Assembly (NCBI GenBank): GCA_036507075.1
Contig: DASXQR010000088.1
Location: 2,253-66,252 of the forward strand
Reading direction: 5' to 3'
DNA: 64,000 nt
From: Acidobacteriota bacterium
GTDB lineage: Bacteria; Acidobacteriota; UBA6911; JACQSX01
Positions 19,698 through 30,073 of the stretch are shown piece by piece. Position numbers and translations under genes: made by a program. Below the pieces are notes generated by a model, which had not been told where the DNA came from, made no database searches, and saw only the letters and a program-made list of their open reading frames with translations. Position 1 is the first letter of the stretch. Every line of letters starts with the position of its first letter.

Positions 19698-22124
19698 ATG
19701 AGCGGCAGTTTGATCCAAGATACTCGCTATGCAATACGCGGATTATGGCGCAATCGCGCGTTTACGGTCGTGGCCGTTCTTTCGCTGGCGCTGGGGATTG
19801 GGGGGAATACTGCCATATTCAGTTTGGTGAATGCAGTTCTGCTGCGGGCGCTGGCGTTTCCTGATGGTCAGCGGTTGGTGATGGTATGGGAGGAGGCATC
19901 CTTTGCCGGGTTTCCTCGTAATGATGCTGCACCGGCCAATTATCTGGACTGGAAATCGCAGCAATCTGTGTTCGAAGATATGGCGGCATTGAGCTGGGAG
20001 CACTTCAATCTCACCGGAGACGGCGAGCCTGAAAAAGTCTCGGCCAATCTGGTGACAGCGAATTTCCTCTCCGTGCTCGGCGTCAAACCGGCGCTGGGGC
20101 GCAGTTTCGTCGCGGAAGATGTCCGTCCCGGCACGAAAGTGGCAATCATCAGCCATGGCCTGTGGCAGCGACGGTTCGGAGGAGACCGCTCGGTTCTCGG
20201 CAGGCAGATCTTGCTCGACGATCAGAAGTACGCCGTGATCGGCGTCATGCCGGCTCGCTTTCAATTCCTGGAAGGTTACATCAACCTCTGGATTCCGCTG
20301 GTGTTGTCCAGCCAGGGTTGGGCCAGCCGCGATGCCCACTACCTCACTGTTGTGGCTCGCCTGAAACCGGGCGTCAGCTTACAGGCGGCACAGGCCGATA
20401 TTGAAACCATCACTCGGCGGATTTCTCACGACCATCCAAACGAGGCGGCAAAAATCGGGTCGGTCGTGCTGCCGCTGCGCGAACAACTCGCCGGAGATGT
20501 TCGCCGCCCTCTGATCGTGCTGCTCGTCGGCGTCGGCTTTGTGCTGATGATCGCCTGCGCCAACATCGCCAATTTGTTGCTGGCGCGCATGGTGGCTCGC
20601 CGCAAAGAAATTGCCCTCCGCACAGCTCTCGGCGCCGGTCGCGCCAGAATTGTCCGGCAATTGTTGACCGAAAGCCTGCTGCTGGCCGGCATTGGCGGTC
20701 TGGCAGGATTGCTGGTTGCTTCCTGGAGTTTTGAGTTCCTCCAAAAATTGATCCCGCCCAGCATGACCTTTTCCACCACGCTGAGACTCGACGCGCGCGT
20801 GCTCGCTTACGCGCTGCTGGTCACGATCCTCACGGGTGTGCTCTTCGGCCTTGCTCCGGCGCTTCAGGCTTTCAAATTTGATTTGAGCGAAGCTCTCAAA
20901 CAGGGCGGCCGCACCGTGTCCGGGGCAGGGAGCAGCCGGCTGCGCGCTTCAATCGTGGTGGGCGAGGTTGCTCTTGCGCTGCTCCTGCTGGCCGGCGCCG
21001 CTTTGCTTCTTCAAACCTTTTGGCGTCTACGCGGCCAGTATTCCGGAATCCGGCCGGAAACTGTGCTCACTTTGAGGACGGTTCTTCCGCGCAGCAAATA
21101 TCCGCAGTACTACCAGCGCACCGCCTTTTACGATCGGGTGATCGAGGCTGTCAGGCGGTTGCCCGGGGTCACTTCGGCAGGCTACACCACTTCGGTCCCG
21201 CTGGAGTGGAGAGGAGGGACGAGTGGTTTTGTCATTGAGGGACGCGCGCCGGAACCGGGCCTTACCAACGATGCAATCCACCGCCAGGTCAGCACAGACT
21301 ACCTGAGAACGATGGGAATCGCGCTGCGGCAAGGGCGATACTTTGACGAGCACGATAATGCCACGTCGATGGCGGTTGTAATCATCAACGAGACAATGGC
21401 TCGTCAGTACTGGCAGAATACAAACGCTGTCGGGAAGCGGTTCCGCCTCGACGATGCGGATTCAACGCTCGCCTGGGTGACCATCGTAGGCGTGGTTGCC
21501 GATGTGAGACAGATGGGGGCCGGCGCACCGGTGAAGGCCGAGATGTATCTCCCTAACCACCAGGTGAAATACCAGCCCTGGTTTTCTCCGCGCGACCTGG
21601 CCGTTCGAGCGGTAGTGGACCCGCAGAAGCTTGTGGGGATGATTCGGCAGGAGATTCGCGCGATAGATCCAAATCAGCCCATTTCAAACATCCGAACTAT
21701 GGAAGAGATCCTCGACGAGGAAACCTCGCAGCGTCGAGTCGGCACAATATTACTGACCGCGTTTGCTGCACTCGCGCTGTTGCTGGCGTCGCTCGGGATA
21801 TACGGAATTCTCTCATACTTTCTTTCACAACACACGCCGGAGATCGGCGTTCGTGTGGCGCTGGGGGCTCAGAAGAGCGACATTCTGGCGCTCGTTTTGA
21901 AAAAAGGAATGGGACTGGTTCTCGTCGGCATTGCTCTCGGCCTGACGTTTTCGCTGGCGCTGACGCGTCTGATGGCGAGTTTGCTTTTTGGTGTGAGCGC
22001 AAGCGATCCGTTCACGCTCGGGTTGGTTGCTCTGCTGCTTGCTGTCGTTGCCCTGGCGGCGTCTTATCTTCCCGCACGGCGTGCGGCACGCCTCGACCCG
22101 ATGGTCGCACTGCGGTATGAATAG
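19698..22124 (+). CDS. ADOP-type duplicated ABC transporter permease (MacB/FtsX domains)
   Basis: QDTRYAIRGL..FTVVAVLSLALGIGGNTAIFS, IACANIANLLLAR, C-terminal PARRAARLDPMVALRYE; no adjacent ATPase. Confidence 0.93.
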   Translation: MSGSLIQDTRYAIRGLWRNRAFTVVAVLSLALGIGGNTAIFSLVNAVLLRALAFPDGQRLVMVWEEASFAGFPRNDAAPANYLDWKSQQSVFEDMAALSWEHFNLTGDGEPEKVSANLVTANFLSVLGVKPALGRSFVAEDVRPGTKVAIISHGLWQRRFGGDRSVLGRQILLDDQKYAVIGVMPARFQFLEGYINLWIPLVLSSQGWASRDAHYLTVVARLKPGVSLQAAQADIETITRRISHDHPNEAAKIGSVVLPLREQLAGDVRRPLIVLLVGVGFVLMIACANIANLLLARMVARRKEIALRTALGAGRARIVRQLLTESLLLAGIGGLAGLLVASWSFEFLQKLIPPSMTFSTTLRLDARVLAYALLVTILTGVLFGLAPALQAFKFDLSEALKQGGRTVSGAGSSRLRASIVVGEVALALLLLAGAALLLQTFWRLRGQYSGIRPETVLTLRTVLPRSKYPQYYQRTAFYDRVIEAVRRLPGVTSAGYTTSVPLEWRGGTSGFVIEGRAPEPGLTNDAIHRQVSTDYLRTMGIALRQGRYFDEHDNATSMAVVIINETMARQYWQNTNAVGKRFRLDDADSTLAWVTIVGVVADVRQMGAGAPVKAEMYLPNHQVKYQPWFSPRDLAVRAVVDPQKLVGMIRQEIRAIDPNQPISNIRTMEEILDEETSQRRVGTILLTAFAALALLLASLGIYGILSYFLSQHTPEIGVRVALGAQKSDILALVLKKGMGLVLVGIALGLTFSLALTRLMASLLFGVSASDPFTLGLVALLLAVVALAASYLPARRAARLDPMVALRYE

Positions 22125-22250
22125 AAGGGCGAAAGGCAGGTAATTCGCGGAACCAGAGAAGGACGTGTCTTGCTAGAATCCGCGGACTCTTGCGCGGGCC
22201 AGAGCCGGTCCGAGCCAAAACTCGTTAGATTCACCCGCCGCGCCCTGACG

Positions 22251-22449
22251 CCCGGATTATTCACAAACTGAAAGAATTGGCCGCTGATCTACACGGAAAA
22301 CACGGATTAGTATCGGGGTCGAGGGATGGGCTCCATAACTACAGTGTGTCAGTTTTGCCGGACGTCGACGCCCATCCCTCGACCCCGATACCATCAGCGT
22401 TGTCCGCGCAAATCGGCGGCTAGTTCTTGCGGTTTGTGAATAATCCGGC
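22251..22449. mobile_element. 199-bp MITE with terminal IRs, 5-bp target duplication and internal palindrome
   Basis: CCGGATTATTCACAAAC ... GTTTGTGAATAATCCGG; TGACG at 22246-22250 and 22450-22454; inner 22-bp IR 22310-22331/22370-22391. Confidence 0.85.
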
Positions 22450-22453
22450 TGAC

Positions 22454-22515
22454 GGGACGCGGCACTGAATGCGTGCTGGAGGGACGCGGTACTGAATGCA
22501 TGCTGGAGGGACGCG
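22454..22515. repeat. 27-nt tandem repeat (~2.3 copies); its core recurs inverted at 26338-26359
   Basis: GGGACGCG at 22454, 22481 and 22508; GAGGGACGCGGTACTGAATGCA has an exact inverted copy at 26338. Confidence 0.85.
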
Positions 22516-22519
22516 TTCC

Positions 22520-25500
22520 CTACGGCTGGCGGAACAATAACCGCGAGGGGTTGCCGGAATTGTCACGCAGGATCAACCGGCCCTCCGCGGCGAGGGGGCC
22601 CGGGTTGGCGAGGATGATTTGGGTTTGGAAGCCGGCGCCGGTAACAATCTGGGGGAAGATGCGATCGCGGGCGTCTGCAGCGCCGGCAAGGAGCAGGGTG
22701 CTGATCAGGGTTTCGCCTCGAGGCGTTGTGCGGACACGCAGAGGGAGGAATGCGCAGCGCGCCGTTGAAAGGCGTAGATAACCTCGAGCGGATGGCGGCA
22801 GGTCGGTGAAGAGTTCGGTGATGTGGCGGGAAATTTGTCCGCCGGCGGGCATGTCGAGCATGGCGGTTTGCACTTGCTCGGACCCGTCGCGCAGGAAAAG
22901 CTCGAAGCGGATCTGCTGCGGTCGGTCGGCCGTGTTGACTACGGCGATTCCCGTGTTCAGATTCTCTGCTGTTTCCCAGTGGGAATCGGCGGTCGAAGAG
23001 GGAATGATCAGCGGAATGCCTGTTTCGGTGCGCAGGCCGGCGGGGGAGTGGCGAATTATTGCGCCGCCTGCCGGCAGCGGGGATCCGTCGGAAGGTTCCA
23101 GGCGGGCGTAGCCGACCTGGATGTCTGGCTGCAGGCCGTCGGTGATCCAGCGCATCAGTCCGTGAGGGGGGATGTAGTAATCGAGTTCGGTTGCGCCGGC
23201 TCCTACGATTCCCAGCGACCACGGGCCGCCGATGGCGCTGAAAAAACGAATTTTTCCGGTGAGCCGCTGATCATACGGATTCAACAGCAGCCACTCGGTT
23301 TGATAGCCGCCGCCGTCTGTGAGTTGGGGGAGGATGGCGGGTTCGAAAATCGGAGCGCTCTCCTCCGCGTGGGACGGAAGGCTGGTCATGATGAATTCAC
23401 CGCGGGCGTTGGTGGTGCCGCGGAGCGAAAGCATTGCCAGCGGAACGTCGCTGCTTACCTGCAGTGTGCCTCGAAAGGGCGGAGGAATTTCGGTTTCACT
23501 GAACCACTCGGAGAGGAAACGCGCCATTTGCTGGCCTGCAGCCATGGGAAAGGATCGGCTGGCCAGCGGGCGGCCTTCTGAGTCGAAGAGCTGCAGCAGG
23601 ATCGAGGCGCCCTGCATGCCGGGATTGGCGAGCGCCAGGCCGATTTGCGAGGGAGCATTGATTTCAGCCGTGGTCCACAACGTGCGCGTGGGCGCCACAG
23701 CGGGAACAATAAGTTCCGACGTCAGCGTCTCGCCCGTGGAAAGTGAGAGCACAGCGCCGGCCAGCACGGGCGTTCCGGTGGATGCGGGGTGAAGAACGGC
23801 ATAATTGACGCGAACGCTTTTCGGGTCTCCGTCGGCGATCCAGGTTCTGGCCGAGCGCGGGACAAGACCCCATCCTCTGTCGCTTCCGGCGGTGATTCCG
23901 GCATTGATCTTTACTGCCAGGTCTCCCTGAAACGGTGGAAGCGCAAGACTGAGGCGGCCGTCCGGAGCATTCAGTTCAACTTCGGAAAGCAGATCTCCAT
24001 TGCCGCCAGTGCTGTAGAAAGAAACGAGATGATGGCCGGGGGTGAGATCCGATAACTCTACAGAAGCGTTTTCCGTGTTTCTTTTCTCCAGCGACGCCGG
24101 GCCCCAGCCGGTCCCATAGGCATCGCTAGAGTCTCGGATCCAGAGATAAGCGCGCGAAGGCTCCTGCAGACCGTACGCGCGGACCTGGCCCTGCGTTGTG
24201 ATAACTGCATTGCGCAGGGCGCCGGCCGCGATGTCTTCTCCGCCCCAGAAAGAAAAGAGCGCGGGAAACAGCCGGGCATTCAAAGGGAAATCGGGAGCGC
24301 GCCGGTTCCTGCGCGCATCTTCCGCCATATAACAACCCCACCACCAGTTCATCGCGCCGCTTTGGCTCACCGCAGCCGACCAGAGGGCGTTGCGCAGCAC
24401 GGTGCCGGCTCTCAGGTGATCGCGATTGGCCACCGTCCGTTCCGACACAGGAATCTGCTCGTTGCTCAGAAAGCCCTCCGGATCAAAGTTGCACTCCCGC
24501 TGCGAGTCCGCGCTCACGCCCGTTTCCGCGATCAGAACCGGTTTGCCATGGGCCTGCTGCGCGGCGGCGGCAAATTCGCGGATGCGCGCATCGCGCAGAT
24601 CGGGCGGCTGGCTGTAGTGATGGCTCTGCACCAGGTCGATGCCCGACATTTGCCAGATGGCGGCAAAGCCCGTGGAGCCCGAATCATCGGAGCTGGTCGT
24701 CACCAGATGTCCGAAGGGATCCCGCGCTTTGAGGAACTCCGACATTTCCCGATGCCAGTCGACAACGGCCGCGCGTGTGGCCGCGTCGTTGCGGAAATTC
24801 TGAGATGGAGTTCCTGCAAACTGGACTTCATTCCACAATTCCCAGGCAAGCAGGTTTGGCTGAGCGGACCAGCGCGCAATCAGGTATCGCAGGCGGCGGC
24901 GAAAAAGATCGCGCGCCCCGCGGTCGGAAAAGAACAGCTCCGGGTTGGACTGCGGAACTGGGCCTCCTTCGACCGAAGCGTAAGGATTGCCCATGTTCCA
25001 TCGAGCGTTGGCGTAAGTGCTGAACTGGCCGTGGTCGTTCAACACCAGTTGCACCTGGACTCCATTCTCTTCAGCAATCGACAGAAACTGGTCCACCCTC
25101 CAGGCGGCGCGCTGCGAATAAGTTCCCACCCCCTGGTAGAAACCGGAAAAATGAGCGCGGCCCCATTCCAGCGCCGTGCGGCTGAAATCGGTCATCCAGA
25201 AACGCGCCCAGTTTTCTCCGCCGCTGCTGAATGAAGTGAGAAGACGGCGGTAATACGCCGTCCCGTTCAGATCGGGATTGCCGTCTTCGAAGCCAAGGTT
25301 GTGGCCGCGCGGAAGGTACAGCCCGCCGCCGGCAAATTCAAGATGAAGCGGATTGCCGGCGTGCCGCCGCACCGGCCCAGGAGCCTGCCGAGGCGCGACA
25401 GCAAAAGAAAACAGACCCGCTTCTTCAACGCTCCCGTTTTTGTCCCGCGCGATCAGCCGCAAGGTGTGCGCTCCTTCCTCAGAAGGTAGAAACCGAACGC

Positions 25501-26332
25501 GCCAGTGCGGCGCTCCGGCCGGGGCGTATTGCTCGTAGCGCTCCGTCCCGGCCACGACCTGGTAATCCTGAAACCAGAACGCCGGCAGAACGACTTCCCT
25601 TCCCGACGGCAGAAGGAAACGCGCCTGGACGTCGATCTCTGCCGGATCATACGGGTTGTCGTACGTGCGGGTCAGCGTGAAGGTGGACGTATAGACCTGG
25701 TAGCGAGCGCCGGAGGAGGGCGCAGTGACGTCGGTGATTGCCAGAGGCGTCGAGGGATCGGGAAGAGGACGTGGAATGGCAGTCACGGCAATGATCTCCA
25801 GTTGGGCTGCGCGCGCGCGATTGTCCGCACGCACCTGAACGCCGAAGGTTTCCACCATCGATGGGTCGACCATGGACCCGCCGCGGATGCGCAGGCGCGT
25901 CAGGCCGGCACCGGCAGTTACCATTGTGTCGCGGTCGCCGCCGTCGCGAAAGAGCCAGCCGGAAGTTTGAGTGAATGGCTGGACAAGAAGAGCGGTGTCG
26001 GATTTCACCCAGATGTGAAGTTCTTCGAAGCGGGAGAAATCGTAGGGGCCTCTAACGGTTATTCCGATTGCAACGTTGGTGTCAGGTGGAAGTATGACGA
26101 CGGTTCGACCTTCGACAGAGCGAATCACCCGCGACCGCGGAGACGCTCGAAAGCCATCGCCATCCCGCTCGAAGCCTAACGGCCAGTTTGAATATGAGTC
26201 ATGGAGAAGGGAGAGGACCGGTTCCCCCTGGAATCGAGCCTGACCTTCGGCAGCTCCGGCACAAAGAAGCGCTGTCGAGATCGCCGCAGCGAGGCTGCGC
26301 GATCTCACCAGGGCTAAGATCTCGCGCAACAT
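22520..26332 (-). CDS. Secreted DUF5060 + clan GH-A (GH5-like) glycoside hydrolase with C-terminal repeated beta domains
   Basis: Signal peptide from the ATG at 26332; YDNPYDP...PAFWFQDY; YLIARW..AWELWNEV (acid/base) and KPVLIAETG (nucleophile). Confidence 0.85.
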   Translation of the reverse strand: MLREILALVRSRSLAAAISTALLCAGAAEGQARFQGEPVLSLLHDSYSNWPLGFERDGDGFRASPRSRVIRSVEGRTVVILPPDTNVAIGITVRGPYDFSRFEELHIWVKSDTALLVQPFTQTSGWLFRDGGDRDTMVTAGAGLTRLRIRGGSMVDPSMVETFGVQVRADNRARAAQLEIIAVTAIPRPLPDPSTPLAITDVTAPSSGARYQVYTSTFTLTRTYDNPYDPAEIDVQARFLLPSGREVVLPAFWFQDYQVVAGTERYEQYAPAGAPHWRVRFLPSEEGAHTLRLIARDKNGSVEEAGLFSFAVAPRQAPGPVRRHAGNPLHLEFAGGGLYLPRGHNLGFEDGNPDLNGTAYYRRLLTSFSSGGENWARFWMTDFSRTALEWGRAHFSGFYQGVGTYSQRAAWRVDQFLSIAEENGVQVQLVLNDHGQFSTYANARWNMGNPYASVEGGPVPQSNPELFFSDRGARDLFRRRLRYLIARWSAQPNLLAWELWNEVQFAGTPSQNFRNDAATRAAVVDWHREMSEFLKARDPFGHLVTTSSDDSGSTGFAAIWQMSGIDLVQSHHYSQPPDLRDARIREFAAAAQQAHGKPVLIAETGVSADSQRECNFDPEGFLSNEQIPVSERTVANRDHLRAGTVLRNALWSAAVSQSGAMNWWWGCYMAEDARRNRRAPDFPLNARLFPALFSFWGGEDIAAGALRNAVITTQGQVRAYGLQEPSRAYLWIRDSSDAYGTGWGPASLEKRNTENASVELSDLTPGHHLVSFYSTGGNGDLLSEVELNAPDGRLSLALPPFQGDLAVKINAGITAGSDRGWGLVPRSARTWIADGDPKSVRVNYAVLHPASTGTPVLAGAVLSLSTGETLTSELIVPAVAPTRTLWTTAEINAPSQIGLALANPGMQGASILLQLFDSEGRPLASRSFPMAAGQQMARFLSEWFSETEIPPPFRGTLQVSSDVPLAMLSLRGTTNARGEFIMTSLPSHAEESAPIFEPAILPQLTDGGGYQTEWLLLNPYDQRLTGKIRFFSAIGGPWSLGIVGAGATELDYYIPPHGLMRWITDGLQPDIQVGYARLEPSDGSPLPAGGAIIRHSPAGLRTETGIPLIIPSSTADSHWETAENLNTGIAVVNTADRPQQIRFELFLRDGSEQVQTAMLDMPAGGQISRHITELFTDLPPSARGYLRLSTARCAFLPLRVRTTPRGETLISTLLLAGAADARDRIFPQIVTGAGFQTQIILANPGPLAAEGRLILRDNSGNPSRLLFRQP

Positions 26333-26387
26333 ATTTTTGCATTCAGTACCGCGTCCCTCAATTGCGCGCATCCGTGACAAAGCGAGC

Positions 26388-26833
26388 GAAGTCGTAAACG
26401 TAATCGTGGACGTTGACGTGTCACGTGCTCGTAGACGTGGACGGTTTTGAAAAACTTTGCCAAAATAACAAGAAGTTGCCAACAGGTTACGCAGCGCGGC
26501 AGAGCCGCAACCAAACGCGGCATCAGTCATTAGTCATTAGTCATTAGTTATTAGTCATTAGTTAGAGAATCTTGCTAAGAAAACAAATTCCTTATAGAGC
26601 CGCGCAGCGGCGCAAGATTTGTGCCCGGGTGGAGCGAAGCGGAACCCGGGGCCACAATTCTGGCCGCCGCTGTGCGGCTCTATAAGGAATTTGTCTTTTT
26701 CTCCTGGTTGATTTCCTCTCTGTGTAACCTGTTGGCGATTTCTTGTTTTAGAAAGATTTTTGAACTAATGACCAATGACTAATGACCGATGACGTTTGGT
26801 TGTGGCTGTGCTGCACTGTGCCTCTGTGGTGAA
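26388..26833. repeat. Nested repeat cluster: hexamer array, two opposed GCCGCAACCAAA/heptamer elements and a central REP doublet
   Basis: (CGTnnn)n at ~26393-26445; (GTCATTA)n at ~26520-26563; ACAAATTCCTTATAGAGCCGC...GCGGCTCTATAAGGAATTTGT; inverted heptamer array at ~26764-26793. Confidence 0.85.
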
Positions 26834-26942
26834 ATCCCTTTTTCAATAGCAGCCAAACCAGCCCACTACGTAAAAATGTCCAAAAGCCCACATCTGCGGG
26901 CCGGCGAAGTAGAATAGTCTCTCTTGACAAGGAGGTCTTCAA

Positions 26943-28583
26943 ATGAAATCGCTTCCGGCTTTATTCTTGCTTGGGGCTGTGTCTGTGGGTCAGGCTGCCG
27001 GCCAGGGAACGCAGCCGCACAACCACGCGGATCATGCGCATGAAAAACTGGGAAAGGTGAACTTTCCGGTAAGTTGCGCCGGCGGAGTGCAGGCGCAATT
27101 CAGCCGGGCGGTGGCGCTGCTGCATTCCTTCCAGTATGAAGAAGCCGAGCAGGGTTTTCGCCAAATCGCCCAGGCTGATCCTTCCTGCGCGATGGCGTAC
27201 TGGGGCATCGCCATGAGCACCTATCATCCGCTCTGGGTACCGCCGAGCAAAGAGGAACTTGCCAAAGGGGCCGCAGCCGTCGAGAAAGCACGAGCCATCG
27301 GCGCCGGAACCGAACGCGAAAAGGCGTACATCGAAGCCATCGGCGCATTCTACCGCGATCATGACAAGCTTGATCATCGTGCGCGCGCGCTTGCCTATGA
27401 GGGGGCCATGGAGCAGCTTCAGGCGAGGTTCAAGGACGACAGCGAGGCGGCTATTTTTTACGCGCTGGCTCTGAATTCCACCGCGCTTCCCACCGACAAA
27501 ACATTTGCAAATCAGAAAAAAGCCGTGGCCATTTTGAACACGGTGTTCGCGCGGCAGCCCGAGCATCCGGGCATAGCACACTACATCATTCATAATTTTG
27601 ACACGCCCCAGCTTGCCGAGCTGGCACTCCCGGCGGCGCGCGCTTACTCGAAAATTGCTCCCGACTCGGCGCATGCCCTCCATATGCCGTCGCACATCTT
27701 CACGCGCCTGGCGCTGTGGAACGATTCCATCCAGTCCAACCTTGCCTCGCGCGCAGCGGCGCGTCGCTATGCCGGCAGGGCGTTCCCAGGCCGGGTTCAC
27801 TGGGAGGAATTGCATGCGATGGATTACCTGGCTTACGCCTATCTTCAGTTGGGACGCGACACGGACGCCGAGGCGGTGGCGGCCGAGGCGAAGAAGGTGG
27901 AAAAACTGAGCCTGGAAAACTTTGCGGCGGCTTATGCCTATGCGGCGATTCCGGCGCGGTTTGCTCTGGAGCGACGTGACTGGAAGGAAGCCGCGAAGCT
28001 TTCTCCGCAGCCGTCGTCATTCCCGTGGGACAAATTTGGGTTTGCCGAAGCGATATTCCACTATGCCAACGCCCTGGGCGCCGCCCGCCTCCATGATCCG
28101 GCGCAGGCACACCGCGCCATCGAACGCATGCGCGAGCTGCATCGCAAGCTGGTGGATTCAAGGGACGGTTACTGGAGCGGGCAGACCGAAGTGCTTCTGA
28201 AGACCGCCCTTGCGTGGACCGTGCTTTCTGAGGGAAAGAATGACGAAGCGCTCAATCTGATGCAGTCTGCCGCCGACATGGAGGACTCAACCGAGAAACA
28301 TCCGGTCACTCCCGGCGCCATCCAGCCCGCGCGTGAACTGCTGGGCGAAATGCTGTTGCAGCTTCAACGGCCGGCGGAGGCGCTGGCCGCTTTCGAGAAA
28401 TCTCTTGCGAACAATCGAGATCGTTTCAACGGAATCTACGGCGCCGCCCGCGCGTCCAGGCTCGCCGGAAATGACGCCAAGGCAAGGCAGTACTACGCAA
28501 GGCTCTCCTCGCAGGCCCAGGCAGCCAGTCGACCGGAAGTCAGAGAAGCCCGGGAATTCCTGAGCGGCCGGGCAGGCAGATAA
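26943..28583 (+). CDS. Secreted tetratricopeptide-repeat protein
   Basis: LGKVNFPVSC, DPSCAMAYWGIAM, HPGIAHYIIH, HALHMPSHIF; SD AAGGAGG. Confidence 0.88.
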   Translation: MKSLPALFLLGAVSVGQAAGQGTQPHNHADHAHEKLGKVNFPVSCAGGVQAQFSRAVALLHSFQYEEAEQGFRQIAQADPSCAMAYWGIAMSTYHPLWVPPSKEELAKGAAAVEKARAIGAGTEREKAYIEAIGAFYRDHDKLDHRARALAYEGAMEQLQARFKDDSEAAIFYALALNSTALPTDKTFANQKKAVAILNTVFARQPEHPGIAHYIIHNFDTPQLAELALPAARAYSKIAPDSAHALHMPSHIFTRLALWNDSIQSNLASRAAARRYAGRAFPGRVHWEELHAMDYLAYAYLQLGRDTDAEAVAAEAKKVEKLSLENFAAAYAYAAIPARFALERRDWKEAAKLSPQPSSFPWDKFGFAEAIFHYANALGAARLHDPAQAHRAIERMRELHRKLVDSRDGYWSGQTEVLLKTALAWTVLSEGKNDEALNLMQSAADMEDSTEKHPVTPGAIQPARELLGEMLLQLQRPAEALAAFEKSLANNRDRFNGIYGAARASRLAGNDAKARQYYARLSSQAQAASRPEVREAREFLSGRAGR

Positions 28584-28585
28584 GC

Positions 28586-29782
28586 ATGCGACATCCTCGG
28601 ATTTCAGGCACAGAGTTGATGGGGGTTGTCTTCTTCCTGGCATTTGCGTCGTCGATGCTCTGCGCTCAGGGGGTGATTTCGGTGTTTCCGCAGTTTGCGA
28701 GCGGCGGCGGGTGGACGAGCGATATCTTCATTGACAATCAGGGGACTTTGGCAGCGATTATTGATGTGGCGTTTTACGGCGATGACGGCGCTGCGCTCAC
28801 CGTGGACACCACTCTCGGCTCAGGTCCATCTTTTTCGGTCAATCTCAACGGAGGCAACACCAAGCTGGTGCGCGTTACTTCGGGCAGCGCCGTCAAGATC
28901 GGCTACGTCGTGCTCTCGTTTCCCAACGGCGCGTCCGTGCGCGCGTCGGAAGTTTTTCGCTTCGAGCAGAACGGCGTGGTGATTTCAGCGCTCGGCGTCG
29001 CCCAGCAGTTTCCTTTGACGAGCTTCTCTTTTCCGGCCGAGGTGGATCTGGCACGGGGAGTTAACACGGCCCTTGCCATTGCTAACGGCCCGTTTGAAAC
29101 CGGCGGCAGCAAGGCCCAGATGTGCGTCGTCAATCTGGTCAAGAGCGATGGAAGCCTGCAGGGCACCGCGATCGTAAATTTTGGCGCGGGCGAGCACTTG
29201 TCCAAATTTCTCAACCAGGGCGGCCTGTTCCCCGGCTTGGATGGCTTTTCCGGAACTGTCAGCATCTCGGCGGCTCGCCCCTTCGGCCTGGTGGCGCTGC
29301 GTCAGGACCAGGCCGCATTCGGCTCGGTGTCGGTGGACGCCGGGCCGATGGTGGCGCCGTTTCTTCTCAACACGGCCGCGATTCCTGAGGTCGAACCGAA
29401 CAACTCCCGAAGCCAGGCCCAGAGAATCAGCGGCGCGGCGGTGATCGCCGGAACCATTTCTGTTCCCGGAGATGTAGATTACTTTCAGTTTACAGGTAAA
29501 CAGGGAGACGTTCTCAGCGCTCTTGTCTCGACCGTGTCCTTGACCTCAGGCCTCGACTCGGTGCTGTTTCTTGTTAACTCCGATGGAACGGTCGTTGCTT
29601 CCAATGATGAGAACGGGTTATTCTTCAGCAACGACTCATTTATACAGACGGTTCTTCCCGCCGACGGCACTTACTATCTCGCCGTGACGGATTTCTCCAA
29701 TCGCGGCGGGCCGAACGGTACGTATCGATTGCATTTGCAGTTCCTGACGCCGGCTGTAAAACAATTCACCCCACAGCGTTAG
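28586..29782 (+). CDS. Secreted protein with C-terminal PPC (pre-peptidase C-terminal) domain
   Basis: EVEPNNS, GDVDYFQF, LDSVL...ASNDE, DGTYYLAV; N-terminal FPQFASGGGW domain. Confidence 0.8.
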   Translation: MRHPRISGTELMGVVFFLAFASSMLCAQGVISVFPQFASGGGWTSDIFIDNQGTLAAIIDVAFYGDDGAALTVDTTLGSGPSFSVNLNGGNTKLVRVTSGSAVKIGYVVLSFPNGASVRASEVFRFEQNGVVISALGVAQQFPLTSFSFPAEVDLARGVNTALAIANGPFETGGSKAQMCVVNLVKSDGSLQGTAIVNFGAGEHLSKFLNQGGLFPGLDGFSGTVSISAARPFGLVALRQDQAAFGSVSVDAGPMVAPFLLNTAAIPEVEPNNSRSQAQRISGAAVIAGTISVPGDVDYFQFTGKQGDVLSALVSTVSLTSGLDSVLFLVNSDGTVVASNDENGLFFSNDSFIQTVLPADGTYYLAVTDFSNRGGPNGTYRLHLQFLTPAVKQFTPQR

Positions 29783-29805
29783 CCGAACCCACCCCACGGC
29801 GCTAG

Positions 29806-30035
29806 CCGAACCGCGCGCGTAAGCAAGCGGACCCTCTCCGAATGCGGAATGCAGAATGCGGAATGCGGAATGATAGATAATGAAAGATAAAGAAAGATCC
29901 TTGATGGCAAAGACTCCTGCCGGGCAGGAAAATCACATTCCCACATTGAGAAATCCGCTCTCGCATTCCCCATTCTACATTCCCAATTCCGCATTCCGAA
30001 AGGGTCCGCTGGCTTACCCGGATTATTCACAAACT
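29806..30035. repeat. REP pair enclosing inverted GAATGCG heptamer arrays, cut by a solo MITE end
   Basis: (GAATGCG)n at ~29840-29872 vs (CATTCCN)n at ~29935-30000; CCCGGATTATTCACAAACT at 30017-30035. Confidence 0.85.
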
Positions 30036-30073
30036 CAGCCCAATACCGTTCGGTGAAGTTGCCCCTTTTGCTT

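Noticed and set aside
22454-22515. 27-nt repeats as a mini CRISPR array
   Set aside because: Units are directly tandem with no unique spacers, and there are no cas genes
26333-26530. N-terminal extensions of ORFs 22520-26530 and 36683-38563 (MTD.AFGCGSAAL...)
   Set aside because: These are translations of the repeated GCCGCAACCAAA element; real starts are likely 26332 and 38449
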